Part shown: one piece after another, positions 1 to 9,925 of the stretch
Layout: each line of letters begins with the position of its first letter
Numbering within the stretch: position 1 is the first letter of the stretch
From: an uncultured Candidatus Saccharibacteria bacterium
GTDB lineage: Bacteria; Patescibacteriota; Minisyncoccia; Phycocordibacterales; UBA9973
Assembly: GCA_964412965.1 (NCBI GenBank)
Contig: CAYPQU010000003.1
Location: 2,788-66,787, forward strand
Direction: 5' to 3'
DNA: 64,000 nucleotides
Position numbers and translations under genes: made by a program
Notes under the pieces: generated by a model
Database searches by the model: none
What the model was told of the DNA's origin: nothing
The model's input: only the letters and a program-made list of their open reading frames with translations

Positions 1-370
1 AGAGAAAGATATTAAAACCGCTGAAAAGCTGTTAGAAAAACACCTAAAGAAAGCTCAAGAAATTTCTGATATGGGGTCTCCTGAATTTAAAAATAAAATT
101 CAAAACAATATCCAATCCATATATTCTAATCAAAACAACTCAGAAAATTCAAAAATAAAAAAGACTGAAGAAAATAAAAACGAAACCAGAGCCAACAAAA
201 AAATCGATGGTAATTCTCAAAAAGATAAGGAAGAAAAATTGCTCGATGAACAAGAGCTCTTAGAAGCAGATAAAGAAATAGGAGCAGGCAACAACTCGCG
301 ATCTACCGATAAGCCAATAGAGGTTGGAAAAAAAGTAGAAAAGAATAATAATAAGAGTAATGACAGATAA
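1..370 (+). CDS. Hypothetical K/E/N-rich low-complexity protein, C-terminal part. The ORF is open from the window edge in the same frame as the ATG at 71.
   Basis: Frame 2 is open from nt 2 through the stop at 368-370. No recognisable domain. Confidence 0.3.
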   Translation, partial: EKDIKTAEKLLEKHLKKAQEISDMGSPEFKNKIQNNIQSIYSNQNNSENSKIKKTEENKNETRANKKIDGNSQKDKEEKLLDEQELLEADKEIGAGNNSRSTDKPIEVGKKVEKNNNKSNDR

Positions 371-447
371 GATGTGTAACAAGTATATCTTATCATCGTC
401 TACATAAGTGTCGGGGCCAAATTATTAGTTAATTAAAAAAAATAAAA

Positions 448-1104
448 ATGAGAATACCACTTATATTAGGAATCTTGATGTTTATATTTTCTTTCTCTAT
501 CACCAGCATCTCATATGCTGCTGGCAAAGACAAACCATTAAACAACCAAGAAAAAAGAACAGAAAATCGTCAGGTGCAAGCAGTTGGAACTGTAAGCATA
601 GAAGTAGAAGATGATTCTGATCTAGATGACAAAGAAGAAAAAGAAGTTAAAACCAAAGGAAACAAACCCACAGAAGACGAAGAATCTACAATTGGAGAAC
701 AAAGACGTAGCCAAGTTGCTAATGCTGTCCATCAAATGTTACAAGTAGCAGATCGAGTTGGAGGAATTGGTGAACAGGTCAGAGTCATTGCTCAATCACA
801 ACAACAGAACCATGAAGAAGTTGAAGCCAAACTAGAAAGAATTAAAGAAAGAAGCGGTTTTGCTAAATTCTTTATCGGTCCTAAGTATGATGAAATCGAA
901 AAAGCAAAAGATTTATTAGAGCAAGACAAAGATAAGATTAAAGACTTAGAAGATCTTAAGTCTGTTTTAACCAACGAAGAAGATAAAGTCAAGATCACAG
1001 AGCAAGTCGAGGTAATTAAAAAAGCCATGACTGAAGTTGAAAACATAATTGGGGAAGAACAAAAAGGATTTAGTTTGTTCGGATGGTTAGCAAAAGTATT
1101 CTAA
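448..1104 (+). CDS. Hypothetical secreted or membrane-anchored coiled-coil protein
   Basis: Hydrophobic N-terminal signal/TM segment (MRIPLILGILMFIFSFSITSISYA). The rest is charged and K/E-rich. A rho-independent terminator follows. Confidence 0.5.
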   Translation: MRIPLILGILMFIFSFSITSISYAAGKDKPLNNQEKRTENRQVQAVGTVSIEVEDDSDLDDKEEKEVKTKGNKPTEDEESTIGEQRRSQVANAVHQMLQVADRVGGIGEQVRVIAQSQQQNHEEVEAKLERIKERSGFAKFFIGPKYDEIEKAKDLLEQDKDKIKDLEDLKSVLTNEEDKVKITEQVEVIKKAMTEVENIIGEEQKGFSLFGWLAKVF

Positions 1105-1113
1105 GGTTTTAAA

Positions 1114-1150
1114 TACCCCCTAGCTTAAAGCTCGGGGGTATTTTTGTTTT
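1114..1150 (+). terminator. Rho-independent terminator
   Basis: Stem taccccc / gggggta followed by a T-run (tttttgtttt). Confidence 0.6.
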
Positions 1151-1247
1151 TATCAACAAGCGACTCTCTGTTGCAAAAAAGAAAGCATGCTATAATTATA
1201 TCTAGAAGACAAAATGATCGACTCATCAAAATAACTATTTTAAAAAT

Positions 1248-1820
1248 ATGGCAAAAATAATAATTGTTCACTGCTGGGAAGGTAATCATGATGTAAATTG
1301 GTATCCTTGGGCCAAGGTCCAACTTGAAATGAAAGGACATGAAGTCATTGTTCCCAATATGCCAGATCCTAGTAACCCTACCATAGAAAAGTGGGTAACT
1401 GAATTAGCAAAAGTTGTGGGAATTCCTGACAATAACACATACTTAATTGGTCACTCTATTGGTTGCCAAACAATTCTTCGATATCTAGAAAGAATAAAAA
1501 TTCCGATTGGAGGAGCTCTATTTGTCGCTGGTTGGTTTTATTTAGAAAACATTGAGGATAATAAATCTTTGAAGATTGCTGAGCCTTGGTTAAAAACTCC
1601 TATAGACCTTGAAAGGGTTAGAGAGAATCTTCCAAAATCTGTCTTGATAATATCCAACAATGATCCGTATGGCGCTTTCGACAAGAACAAAAAAGAATTC
1701 GGCAAATTCTGTTCATACATCTATACCCTTCCTGAATCAGGTCATATCACCAATCCAGTCCAACCTTCGATAATCGCTCAATTCGAAAGACTCGTTCACA
1801 ACAACCTATACTTAGGCTAA
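1248..1820 (+). CDS. Alpha/beta serine hydrolase, RBBP9/YdeN-like family
   Basis: Nucleophile elbow GHSIG. Size (~190 aa) and layout are typical of the Ser_hydrolase (YdeN) family. Confidence 0.55.
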   Translation: MAKIIIVHCWEGNHDVNWYPWAKVQLEMKGHEVIVPNMPDPSNPTIEKWVTELAKVVGIPDNNTYLIGHSIGCQTILRYLERIKIPIGGALFVAGWFYLENIEDNKSLKIAEPWLKTPIDLERVRENLPKSVLIISNNDPYGAFDKNKKEFGKFCSYIYTLPESGHITNPVQPSIIAQFERLVHNNLYLG

Positions 1821-1895
1821 AAAAATATCATTTAAATTTTAATGCCTTTTGTGGTATATTTTATGATATTAGAAATAAAAATATTTAATTAGATT

Positions 1896-3143
1896 ATGGT
1901 TAAAATCAAAACAATTCAAGCAAGAGAAATATTAGATTCCAGAGGCAATCCCACTGTCGAAGTTTTATTAAGCACTGACAAATATACGGTTGTTTCTTCT
2001 GTCCCCTCCGGAGCAAGTACAGGAATACACGAGGCCCTAGAGTTACGAGACGGTGACAAAGCTCGATATCGAGGTCTTGGAGTTTTAAATGCGGTCAAAA
2101 ATATCAATGACGAAATCACAAAAGAAGTTTCTGGAAAAGAATACACTCAAGAATCACTAGATAATTTTCTAATCAACCTAGACGCCACTCACAACAAATC
2201 CAGACTTGGTGCTAATGCGATCTTGGGAGTATCAATGGCTTTTGCAAAAGCCTCAGCCTTAGAGGAAGGTGTTCCGCTTTATAAATACCTAGGAAGCCTA
2301 GCCGGAAACACAAATTTTTCTTTCCCCTATCCTTCTTTAAATATCATCAACGGCGGACAGCATGCAGATAGCGGTCTCGATATTCAAGAATTCATGCTCA
2401 TCCCAACCGGATTTGATTCTTTTAAAGAAAAAATTCGCGTTGGTTCAGAAGTTATCTACGCTCTTCGAAGTATTTTGAAAGAAAGAGGCTACACTGTTAG
2501 TGTAGGAGACGAAGGTGGTTTTGCTCCGAAACTAAAGACCAACGAGGAAGCCCTAGAAGTAATGGTGGAAGCTATATTAAAAGCCGGATACACAACAGAC
2601 CAGGTCAAGATCGGCATGGACGCTGCATCTTCTAGTTTTTATGAAAATGGTAAATATAATTTAAAAATTAATGGTGAGCAGAAATCTCTTACAAGCGAAG
2701 AAATGGTTGCTTGGTACAAAGAGCTTACAGAGAAATATCCAATTATATCTATCGAGGACGGTTTGTCAGAAGACGACTGGGAAGGGTTCAATCTTCTAAC
2801 AAAAACTATTGGCGATAAAGTTACAATCGTTGGAGATGATCTTTTGGTGACAAACATCAAGAGAATCGAAATGGCAATCGAAAAGGAAGCTGTTAATTCT
2901 GTCTTAATCAAACTAAACCAGATCGGTTCTGTGACAGAGACTATTCAAGCTATCACAATGGCTCAAAAGAAAAGATGGAAACCTTTTGTCTCTCACCGTT
3001 CAGGAGAAACGACAGATACTTTTATTGCTGACTTAGCAGTCGGATTAGGATGTCCATTTATAAAGTCTGGTTCGCTCATGAGAGGAGAACGAGTTTGCAA
3101 ATACAATCGAATCATGGAAATAGAAAACGAACTTTCTAAATAA
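1896..3143 (+). CDS. eno: Enolase (phosphopyruvate hydratase)
   Basis: N-terminus MVKIKTIQAREILDSRGNPTVEV and the full-length conserved enolase motifs. Confidence 0.95.
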   Translation: MVKIKTIQAREILDSRGNPTVEVLLSTDKYTVVSSVPSGASTGIHEALELRDGDKARYRGLGVLNAVKNINDEITKEVSGKEYTQESLDNFLINLDATHNKSRLGANAILGVSMAFAKASALEEGVPLYKYLGSLAGNTNFSFPYPSLNIINGGQHADSGLDIQEFMLIPTGFDSFKEKIRVGSEVIYALRSILKERGYTVSVGDEGGFAPKLKTNEEALEVMVEAILKAGYTTDQVKIGMDAASSSFYENGKYNLKINGEQKSLTSEEMVAWYKELTEKYPIISIEDGLSEDDWEGFNLLTKTIGDKVTIVGDDLLVTNIKRIEMAIEKEAVNSVLIKLNQIGSVTETIQAITMAQKKRWKPFVSHRSGETTDTFIADLAVGLGCPFIKSGSLMRGERVCKYNRIMEIENELSK

Positions 3144-3170
3144 AAAGAAGAAAGAATTATCAAATCAGTA

Positions 3171-3252
3171 AAAGCCCTTCGTTTACAAGCGAGGGGCTTT
3201 TACTTAAACTGGTAAGCATTGTAATACGTATTACAATGCTTACCAGTTTGTT
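3171..3252 (+). terminator. Tandem hairpin terminators after eno
   Basis: aaagcccttcg...cgaggggcttt, then a perfect 18-bp-stem palindrome aactggtaagcattgtaata/tattacaatgcttaccagtt followed by a T-run. Confidence 0.55.
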
Positions 3253-3482
3253 TACAAAATCCAGCTTACATGTTTCATGCGCGACAATTCACCCCAATTT
3301 ACAACTTATCACTTTTCCACACCTGTAGAAATTGATAAGTTGCTTATTCGTTAGTTTACGCTATGCCTTACTTAACACAGAATTTCCTCAAATTTTCCCT
3401 TTCCTTTTACCAAGAGGATAGTTTAGTAGGGATCGTGCCTATCCCCCTAGTCAATTAATAATTTTATTGTTAAAATATACAC

Positions 3483-4517
3483 ATGCAAACAATGTCAGCT
3501 GAAAAATATTTTTTATTTATTTTATTACTACTTACTATCGTTCTTACAGTATTAATTTTTTCTCCATTTCTATCAGTGCTTATATTAACCGTCGCTTTTG
3601 CAGTTGCACTAAACCCTACTTATCTTTGGATTAAAAGACGAATAACTAGAAATATTTCTTGGCTGGCCTCTGTTTTAACTATTTTAGTCTTTTTAATATG
3701 TCTTTGTACTCCTTTGTTTTTTGTGGGTAAAACAGTTTTTAATCAAGCCCAGGATATATATATGAATATTGCTACTTCTGAACATACTGGCACCTGGATA
3801 AATAATATAAACCAAAAAATAAATGATTATTTACCAAGCGGTTTTGATTTTGATCTACAAGACAAAATAGTGGACTTGTTTACTGTTCTAACCAACAGCG
3901 TAGGCACATTGTTCTCTACTACCCTAAATTCAGTCTTAATGTTTACACTAATGGTCTTCGCTTTGTTTTATTTGTTTAAAGACGGAGAAAAGTGGGAAAA
4001 AGATTTTACTAAAATATTACCACTGTCAGACAAAAACTCTTCTCAAATAATCAATGACCTTAAGGCTTCAATAAACAGAGTGTTTAAGGGGTCTTTCATT
4101 ATAGCTTTAGCTCAAGGATTTTTGGCTTGGGTTGGATTTACCGTGTTTGGAGTTCCTCATGCTATTATCTGGGCTATTGTGGCTAGCATTGCATCTTTTA
4201 TTCCAACCATTGGTACTTCAGTTGTCTCAGTTCCAGCAATGATATTTTTGTTCGTTTCAGGTATGGAGCTTCAGGCTCTAGGTTTACTCATTTGGTCAGT
4301 ATTGCTAATTAGTACAATAGATAACATATTAAATCCTTACATCATATCTAAAAACACCGAAATACCTTCAATTTTTATGTTGTTTTCAATATTAGGTGGA
4401 GTGGCATTGTTTGGAGCCATTGGTATAGTTGCTGGACCTTTGATTATAAGTCTTTTGTATAGCCTGGTTTCTATTTACAAAAGAGAAATGATGAGTGTTC
4501 CTATTGAAAAAAACTAG
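3483..4517 (+). CDS. AI-2E family transporter (UPF0118/PerM-like permease)
   Basis: Polytopic membrane protein with the length and hydropathy pattern typical of PF01594. Confidence 0.65.
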   Translation: MQTMSAEKYFLFILLLLTIVLTVLIFSPFLSVLILTVAFAVALNPTYLWIKRRITRNISWLASVLTILVFLICLCTPLFFVGKTVFNQAQDIYMNIATSEHTGTWINNINQKINDYLPSGFDFDLQDKIVDLFTVLTNSVGTLFSTTLNSVLMFTLMVFALFYLFKDGEKWEKDFTKILPLSDKNSSQIINDLKASINRVFKGSFIIALAQGFLAWVGFTVFGVPHAIIWAIVASIASFIPTIGTSVVSVPAMIFLFVSGMELQALGLLIWSVLLISTIDNILNPYIISKNTEIPSIFMLFSILGGVALFGAIGIVAGPLIISLLYSLVSIYKREMMSVPIEKN

Positions 4518-5566
4518 TTTTCTTTTTTCAATATTTTAATCAGAGCTAGCTCTAGTGGTAATTCTGCTATAGAAGAATTTTGAATCATTTGATAAGCATC
4601 AAGTAAAATATTTAAACTTTCTGATGAAATATTATCAGGTTTGTCTTTTGTTAATTCCTCTAAATATCTCAAATCTTCTGATGACATATCTTCCGCTAAC
4701 TTTTTTTTCATCTCTGGTAGATATTTTAAAATTAAAGCATATCTCATTTTATACAATATCATTTTGGTGTACACATGAATATCTATATTTTGTTTAACCG
4801 CTTTAGCTATCGATTCTATACCCAAAATTAGATTGTCGTGTGCGACAGCTTCAACAAAATCATTGACCAAATTTCTATTAGGGGCTCCTGTCACTTCTTC
4901 TATTTCTCTCAGACTGATTATTTTATTTTTTGAAAAAGAAATAACTTTTTGTAATATTCCAAGTGCATCACGAAAAGCTCCTTCTGCTAAAATAGCTATC
5001 AAGTCTGCTCCACCATCTTCCAACTTATATCCTTCTTTTTTGCCCACATTTTCTATCACCTGAGACAGTATCTCATCGGTTGGTTTTTTAAACATAAAAG
5101 TCTGACAGCGAGAAACAATTGTCTCTGGGACTTTTTCTAATTCTGTAGTAGCTAGGATAAAAATTACATATCTGGGAGGTTCCTCTATCGTCTTTAGGAG
5201 TGCGTTCCAAGCATCCTTAGAAAACATGTGGACCTCGTCCAATATATATATTTTATACTTTGAATCAAAAGGCAGGGATTGAACACTTTTTTTAATATCT
5301 CGAACATCATCTATTCCTCTGTTGCTTGCCGCGTCCATTTCATATATATCGTTAGGAGAGACTTCCAACTCATGAGCTATTATGCGAGCAATTGTTGTTT
5401 TACCAGTCCCGCGAGGCCCGCACAATAAATAAGCGTGCGACATTTTATCATTTTTAAGAGACCCGGATATTGCTTTTACGATATGATCTTGCCCAACAAC
5501 TTCATCCCATTTTGAAGGACGATATTTTCTATACAAAGCAATATTTTGGTCTTTTTCTTTTGACAT
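4514..5566 (-). CDS. dnaX: DNA polymerase III gamma/tau subunit, short form
   Basis: YRPSKWDEVVGQDHIV, Walker A GPRGTGKTT, and an AAA+ clamp-loader layout. Confidence 0.85.
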   Translation of the reverse strand: MSKEKDQNIALYRKYRPSKWDEVVGQDHIVKAISGSLKNDKMSHAYLLCGPRGTGKTTIARIIAHELEVSPNDIYEMDAASNRGIDDVRDIKKSVQSLPFDSKYKIYILDEVHMFSKDAWNALLKTIEEPPRYVIFILATTELEKVPETIVSRCQTFMFKKPTDEILSQVIENVGKKEGYKLEDGGADLIAILAEGAFRDALGILQKVISFSKNKIISLREIEEVTGAPNRNLVNDFVEAVAHDNLILGIESIAKAVKQNIDIHVYTKMILYKMRYALILKYLPEMKKKLAEDMSSEDLRYLEELTKDKPDNISSESLNILLDAYQMIQNSSIAELPLELALIKILKKEN

Positions 5567-5604
5567 AGTTTGATTATACCAAAAATTAAAAATAAATATT
5601 ACCC

Positions 5605-6084
5605 TTGATTTTTATAGATAAATATGCTATAATTCTACAAAACAAATTAAATATTATGACAGGAATCAGACAATGGGCACTAATAGTGTTTTTTTATGCA
5701 CTACTCGCCTTACACTTATTAATCCAGAAATGGATGGATTATTATACTGAATACAAAAAACTAGAAATCGGTAATTATGTCGCATGGGATAGGCAGTTAA
5801 TGTTTATTTCTCTGTCGTTAGTGATGATATTTATTCTTGTCATTGCGATAAGTTCCCTACTCGCCTTTATATTGAATAAACATCACTGTAATGTGGAGTT
5901 TTCCGCAATGATAGGGTGCATTATTGGGGCAATGTTGGGTGGATGGATTATGTTATTTCTAGTAATTTTTGGACAGGATGTCATTGGAATTAGGTTAGTT
6001 CTAATTGCCATCACGACAGGATCCATGATAGGTATTTATGGCGGAGTAAAATCCGAAATTGAAGACGATGAGAGGGTTTGTTGA
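5605..6084 (+). CDS. Hypothetical integral membrane protein
   Basis: Four or more hydrophobic helices. No recognisable motif. Confidence 0.4.
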   Translation: MIFIDKYAIILQNKLNIMTGIRQWALIVFFYALLALHLLIQKWMDYYTEYKKLEIGNYVAWDRQLMFISLSLVMIFILVIAISSLLAFILNKHHCNVEFSAMIGCIIGAMLGGWIMLFLVIFGQDVIGIRLVLIAITTGSMIGIYGGVKSEIEDDERVC

Positions 6085-6104
6085 TTACAACAAACCCTCT
6101 TTTT

Positions 6105-7094
6105 TTATTTATTATTTTTCAAGAAATTTTTAATGATTCTTTCAACTTCTTTCGAATTTTTTGTTTCCATTAATTTAATTCTCAATTCTTTAGCCCCATC
6201 AAAACCGTTCACATAAGCTTTGTAGTGTTTTTTCATAACATCAAAATTCTTAACCTCGCCCAATTCCTTCTCGAAAAGTTTAGTGTGTTCCACAAGAGCA
6301 TTAAGTTTTTCTTCAGTACTTATCTCCTCTTTCCCTTCGTCAAAGAACCAAGGATTACCGAAAATCCCCCTTCCGATCATTATCCCGTCACAACCATATT
6401 TTTCTATCTTTTCTTTTGCATCATTAATGTCTTTAACATCACCATTTCCAATAAGCAGAATATCTTTCTTGCTTGCTTTGATCATTTTCTTAATTTTTGG
6501 AATATATTTCCAATTTGCAGGAACTTTTGACATTTCTTTTTTGGTTCGAAGATGAATAGTTAGTGCTGATATATTTTCTTTAATCAACTCTCCGATCCAG
6601 TTATCTATTTCTTCTTTATTGAAACCGATTCTAGTTTTGACAGAAACAGGAATATTTTTGCCAGCAATTTTTACTCCTTCTTGTGCAGCTCGTATAATTT
6701 TTCGAGCTAGTTCTGGATTTTTTATCAAAGCAGAACCCGCACCTTGAGCCACAACTGATTTATCTGGACAACCCATATTTATATCAATACCATCAAAATC
6801 AAGGCTCGCTATGTATTGGCAAGCTTTTTTCATGTTTTCTGGATTAGCTCCAAATACCTGAGCAACGATAGGTCTTTCCCCTTCCTTATATCTTAAAATG
6901 TGTGAAAGCTTTTTTCTAGCATGTTTATCACAAAGACCATCAGCTGCCACAAATTCAGTCCAAAAAATTACATTATTTTTATTTTCTCTATTCTTGCTAT
7001 ATTTAGAAATCATCGTTCGAAAAGCGATGTCTGTTACATCCGACATTGGAGCAAGGCAGAAGAATGGTTTGTTTAAATTATTCCAAAAATTCAT
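6105..7094 (-). CDS. dus: tRNA-dihydrouridine synthase
   Basis: CLAPMSDVTDIAFR N-terminal motif and a Dus-family TIM barrel. Confidence 0.85.
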   Translation of the reverse strand: MNFWNNLNKPFFCLAPMSDVTDIAFRTMISKYSKNRENKNNVIFWTEFVAADGLCDKHARKKLSHILRYKEGERPIVAQVFGANPENMKKACQYIASLDFDGIDINMGCPDKSVVAQGAGSALIKNPELARKIIRAAQEGVKIAGKNIPVSVKTRIGFNKEEIDNWIGELIKENISALTIHLRTKKEMSKVPANWKYIPKIKKMIKASKKDILLIGNGDVKDINDAKEKIEKYGCDGIMIGRGIFGNPWFFDEGKEEISTEEKLNALVEHTKLFEKELGEVKNFDVMKKHYKAYVNGFDGAKELRIKLMETKNSKEVERIIKNFLKNNK

Positions 7095-7516
7095 AAAATT
7101 ATAATATCATGTTTCTCCAAAATAGTCCTGCCCTGTAGTGTGCTTTGCTCTACTGCCGGGATTATCCCCAATTACCTAGGCAAGACCTCGTTCGATGCCT
7201 TACCTAGTACGCAAAAATTTTTACCCACTCTACGCTATAGTGTTGAGTGGATAAAAAGCAAAATCCCATCTTGGTAGTAGTTTTAGAAATTAAATTTACA
7301 TATTTATACGCGTTCGCTTATAAATATGTAAGACATCCTTTCCCCTAGGTCAGACCTAGGGGAAATTCTATTCGTGTCATTCGTGTACATTCACCCCCCC
7401 CCCGACACCTACCTCTTTAATGTAATTTCATTACGCATCCTTAATGCTTTAAAAAGTTGGGTGGAGATTCATAGATTTGCATCGTGTTTGATTTCTATTT
7501 GTATCGAGTTTGAAAT

Positions 7517-8380
7517 CTATCTAAACTTATACAAAATTTTATTTTTAAACCTTAAATCTATATAATCGAGAGTGCCATACTTGGACATTAATTCATTAAA
7601 AAATTCATCTTTTTTCATTGCTAAGGTTAAATTATCTAGTAAAACCTCTAGATTGTCCTCATTTTTAAAAATTATTCTAGGATTTAAGCTGTTGTTTTTT
7701 TCTTCCAAATATAAATTGTTAATACCATCACTTCCCTGTTCAAAATAAACCGTTTTTAACCCTATTTTATTTATCTTGTTGAAAAAATATGCGAGCTCGT
7801 GAAAACGTGCTGTCTCCAAAACCTTTTTACCTAATGGATCAATACCTGATAGCTGAGGAACATAAAACTTGAAATAAATATCTCCTGAAAAATAAGGCGC
7901 TTCGTCAAAGATTAGACCTTCGTCATTTAAAAAATAACAATTATCTCCTAGCTCTGATTTATTTTCTGGAATTCTGTCACCACAATAAAGATATTCACCT
8001 CTTCTTTCTTCTATAGATATTTCTAATTCATTTAAACCATTTAGTCCTATTGATAGTTTTTCAATTCTAGGAAAATTTTTCAATAACGACTCCTCTATTT
8101 CACTTTTTGGATAGATAAAAGTATTATTTCTAGCAAATAAATAGAAAAATTTTCCAGATAATTCATTTTTAGCAATTTCGATAATTTCTTCTTCCCCTAA
8201 AACGTAAGCCCCTATCACTTTTATTTTATTTATTACTATGTGTTTTTCTCTGGATAAGCATGAAAAGGCAAAAACCAGTCCAACCAATATGATAATGGAA
8301 AAAATCGACATCTTTATTATTTTTTTATGTCGTTTTTTTCTAATCTCTATTATTCTTGGAGATTTTGGAATATCCCTCAT
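7517..8380 (-). CDS. Putative cell-division protein FtsQ/DivIB-like (basic N-terminus, one TM, POTRA-like region)
   Basis: Architecture only: cytoplasmic basic tail, single TM segment, extracytoplasmic beta-rich domain. The assignment is weak. Confidence 0.3.
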   Translation of the reverse strand: MRDIPKSPRIIEIRKKRHKKIIKMSIFSIIILVGLVFAFSCLSREKHIVINKIKVIGAYVLGEEEIIEIAKNELSGKFFYLFARNNTFIYPKSEIEESLLKNFPRIEKLSIGLNGLNELEISIEERRGEYLYCGDRIPENKSELGDNCYFLNDEGLIFDEAPYFSGDIYFKFYVPQLSGIDPLGKKVLETARFHELAYFFNKINKIGLKTVYFEQGSDGINNLYLEEKNNSLNPRIIFKNEDNLEVLLDNLTLAMKKDEFFNELMSKYGTLDYIDLRFKNKILYKFR

Positions 8381-8386
8381 TTTTTC

Positions 8387-9658
8387 CTAAGAAATTACTT
8401 CTTTACCAAAATATTTTTGCAAAACAGACGGGATTTTAATACTTCCATCTGCTTGTTGAAAATTCTCTACCAACGAAACAAGTATTCTAGGAGTTGGAAT
8501 GGCTGTACAATTTAAAGAATGGGCATATTTCATCTTGCCTTCTTCGTCTCTGTAACGAATATTCATTCTTCGAGTTTGAAAATCATGGAAATAAGAAGCA
8601 GACGATATTTCTCTGTATTTATTTTCTTTTGGCACCCACAACTCTATATCGTATTTCTTTACTTGCCCCATTCCCAAGTCCGCACCACAATTAGCTACGG
8701 TATGATAAGGGATTCCTAGTGTTTCTATAAATTCTTCAGTGTTGCGGTTAATTTCTTCATGGAATGCTACACTGTCACTGTGAGAAGCCTTGCAAAGTAC
8801 TACTTGTTCCCATTTATAAAATTCGTGTACCCTAATTAATCCCTTCACATCTTTTGAGTGACTTCCTGCTTCTCGGCGATAACAAGGTGAAAATCCTAAA
8901 TATTTTTTAGGTAATTCTTCTGCGTTTAAAATTTCATCTTGGTGCAATCCCATCAATGGCACTTCAGCAGTCCCTGTAAGGAAATCTCCATCTTGAGTTT
9001 TGTACAAATCTTCTTCCCCTTGTGGAATATAACCTGTCCCCATGAAAGTTTCTCGTCGAATTATGACAGGAGGGAGAACTGGGATAAAACCCTTATTAGA
9101 GAAAAATTCCAAAGCATGATTCCAGATAGCCATAGAGAGCTTCACCCCCTCGCCAGTGAGAAAATATCCCCTGAAGCCGTGAACCTTTATTCCTCGGTCA
9201 AAATCTACCATTTTATGAGCCATCATTAGATCGATATGATCTTTTGGTTCGAAATCAAAATTGGTCTTTTCTCCCCAAGTTTTTACTTCTGTGTTATCAG
9301 CATCGGAATCTCCTTCTGGAACAGAAATATCGGGAATGTTGGGAACTTCAAGCATCAATTTTTGCCATTCAATCATAATCTCTCGAAGCTCATCTTCTTT
9401 TTGCTTTAAATCATCTTTAACCAAACGCATTTCTTCGATTAGCTGTTTTCTTTCTACGTCAGTCAAAGTACCCCCCATCGAGACACTAACTTTATTTTGT
9501 TCACCTCTTAATGATTCCACTTGAGACAAAAGCGACAGTCTTTTTTCATCCACCGCTAAAAGCTTTTCAATGTCGACTTCGACATGTTTCTTTTTAGCTC
9601 CTTCTTTAACTATTTCTTTGTTTTCTCGTATAAATTTTATATCTAACATAGTAAGCAT
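8387..9658 (-). CDS. serS: Seryl-tRNA synthetase
   Basis: N-terminal coiled coil and class II core motifs, full length (~423 aa). Confidence 0.95.
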   Translation of the reverse strand: MLTMLDIKFIRENKEIVKEGAKKKHVEVDIEKLLAVDEKRLSLLSQVESLRGEQNKVSVSMGGTLTDVERKQLIEEMRLVKDDLKQKEDELREIMIEWQKLMLEVPNIPDISVPEGDSDADNTEVKTWGEKTNFDFEPKDHIDLMMAHKMVDFDRGIKVHGFRGYFLTGEGVKLSMAIWNHALEFFSNKGFIPVLPPVIIRRETFMGTGYIPQGEEDLYKTQDGDFLTGTAEVPLMGLHQDEILNAEELPKKYLGFSPCYRREAGSHSKDVKGLIRVHEFYKWEQVVLCKASHSDSVAFHEEINRNTEEFIETLGIPYHTVANCGADLGMGQVKKYDIELWVPKENKYREISSASYFHDFQTRRMNIRYRDEEGKMKYAHSLNCTAIPTPRILVSLVENFQQADGSIKIPSVLQKYFGKEVIS

Positions 9659-9789
9659 ATTATAACCCTTAAACGGGGTTTTTACAAAATATTACAATAA
9701 ATGTTTAGGATGTTTTTGAATACGACATTCTTCTTGTGTCCAAAAGTGGTATAATATAAATACACAATATAAACAAACCAAGTTCTCTA

Positions 9790-9899
9790 GTCATCAAAAA
9801 CAATCTTCTTTTAGAGACTAGCGAGTGCGGCGGCACGAGCTCGAGGAATTTTTCAGCAGAAAAATATCCGTGCTCTAAAAGAAGATTATTTTTGATGAC
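9790..9899. repeat. MITE-like element: ~26-bp terminal inverted repeats flanking a GC-rich core that is also found twice in the ileS leader
   Basis: Left TIR gtcatcaaaaacaatcttcttttagag and right TIR ctctaaaagaagattatttttgatgac. Core gcgagtgcggcggcacgagctcgaggaatttttcagcagaaaaatatccgtgc matches 43166-43230 and 43316-43385. Confidence 0.55.
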
Positions 9900-9925
9900 T
9901 TTTATATGTTTAAACATTTTATTTT

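Noticed and set aside
7374-7565. 63-aa ORF spanning the poly-C tract
   Set aside because: It lies in a GC-rich, palindromic intergenic region and has no coding features. The poly-C tract is more plausibly regulatory.
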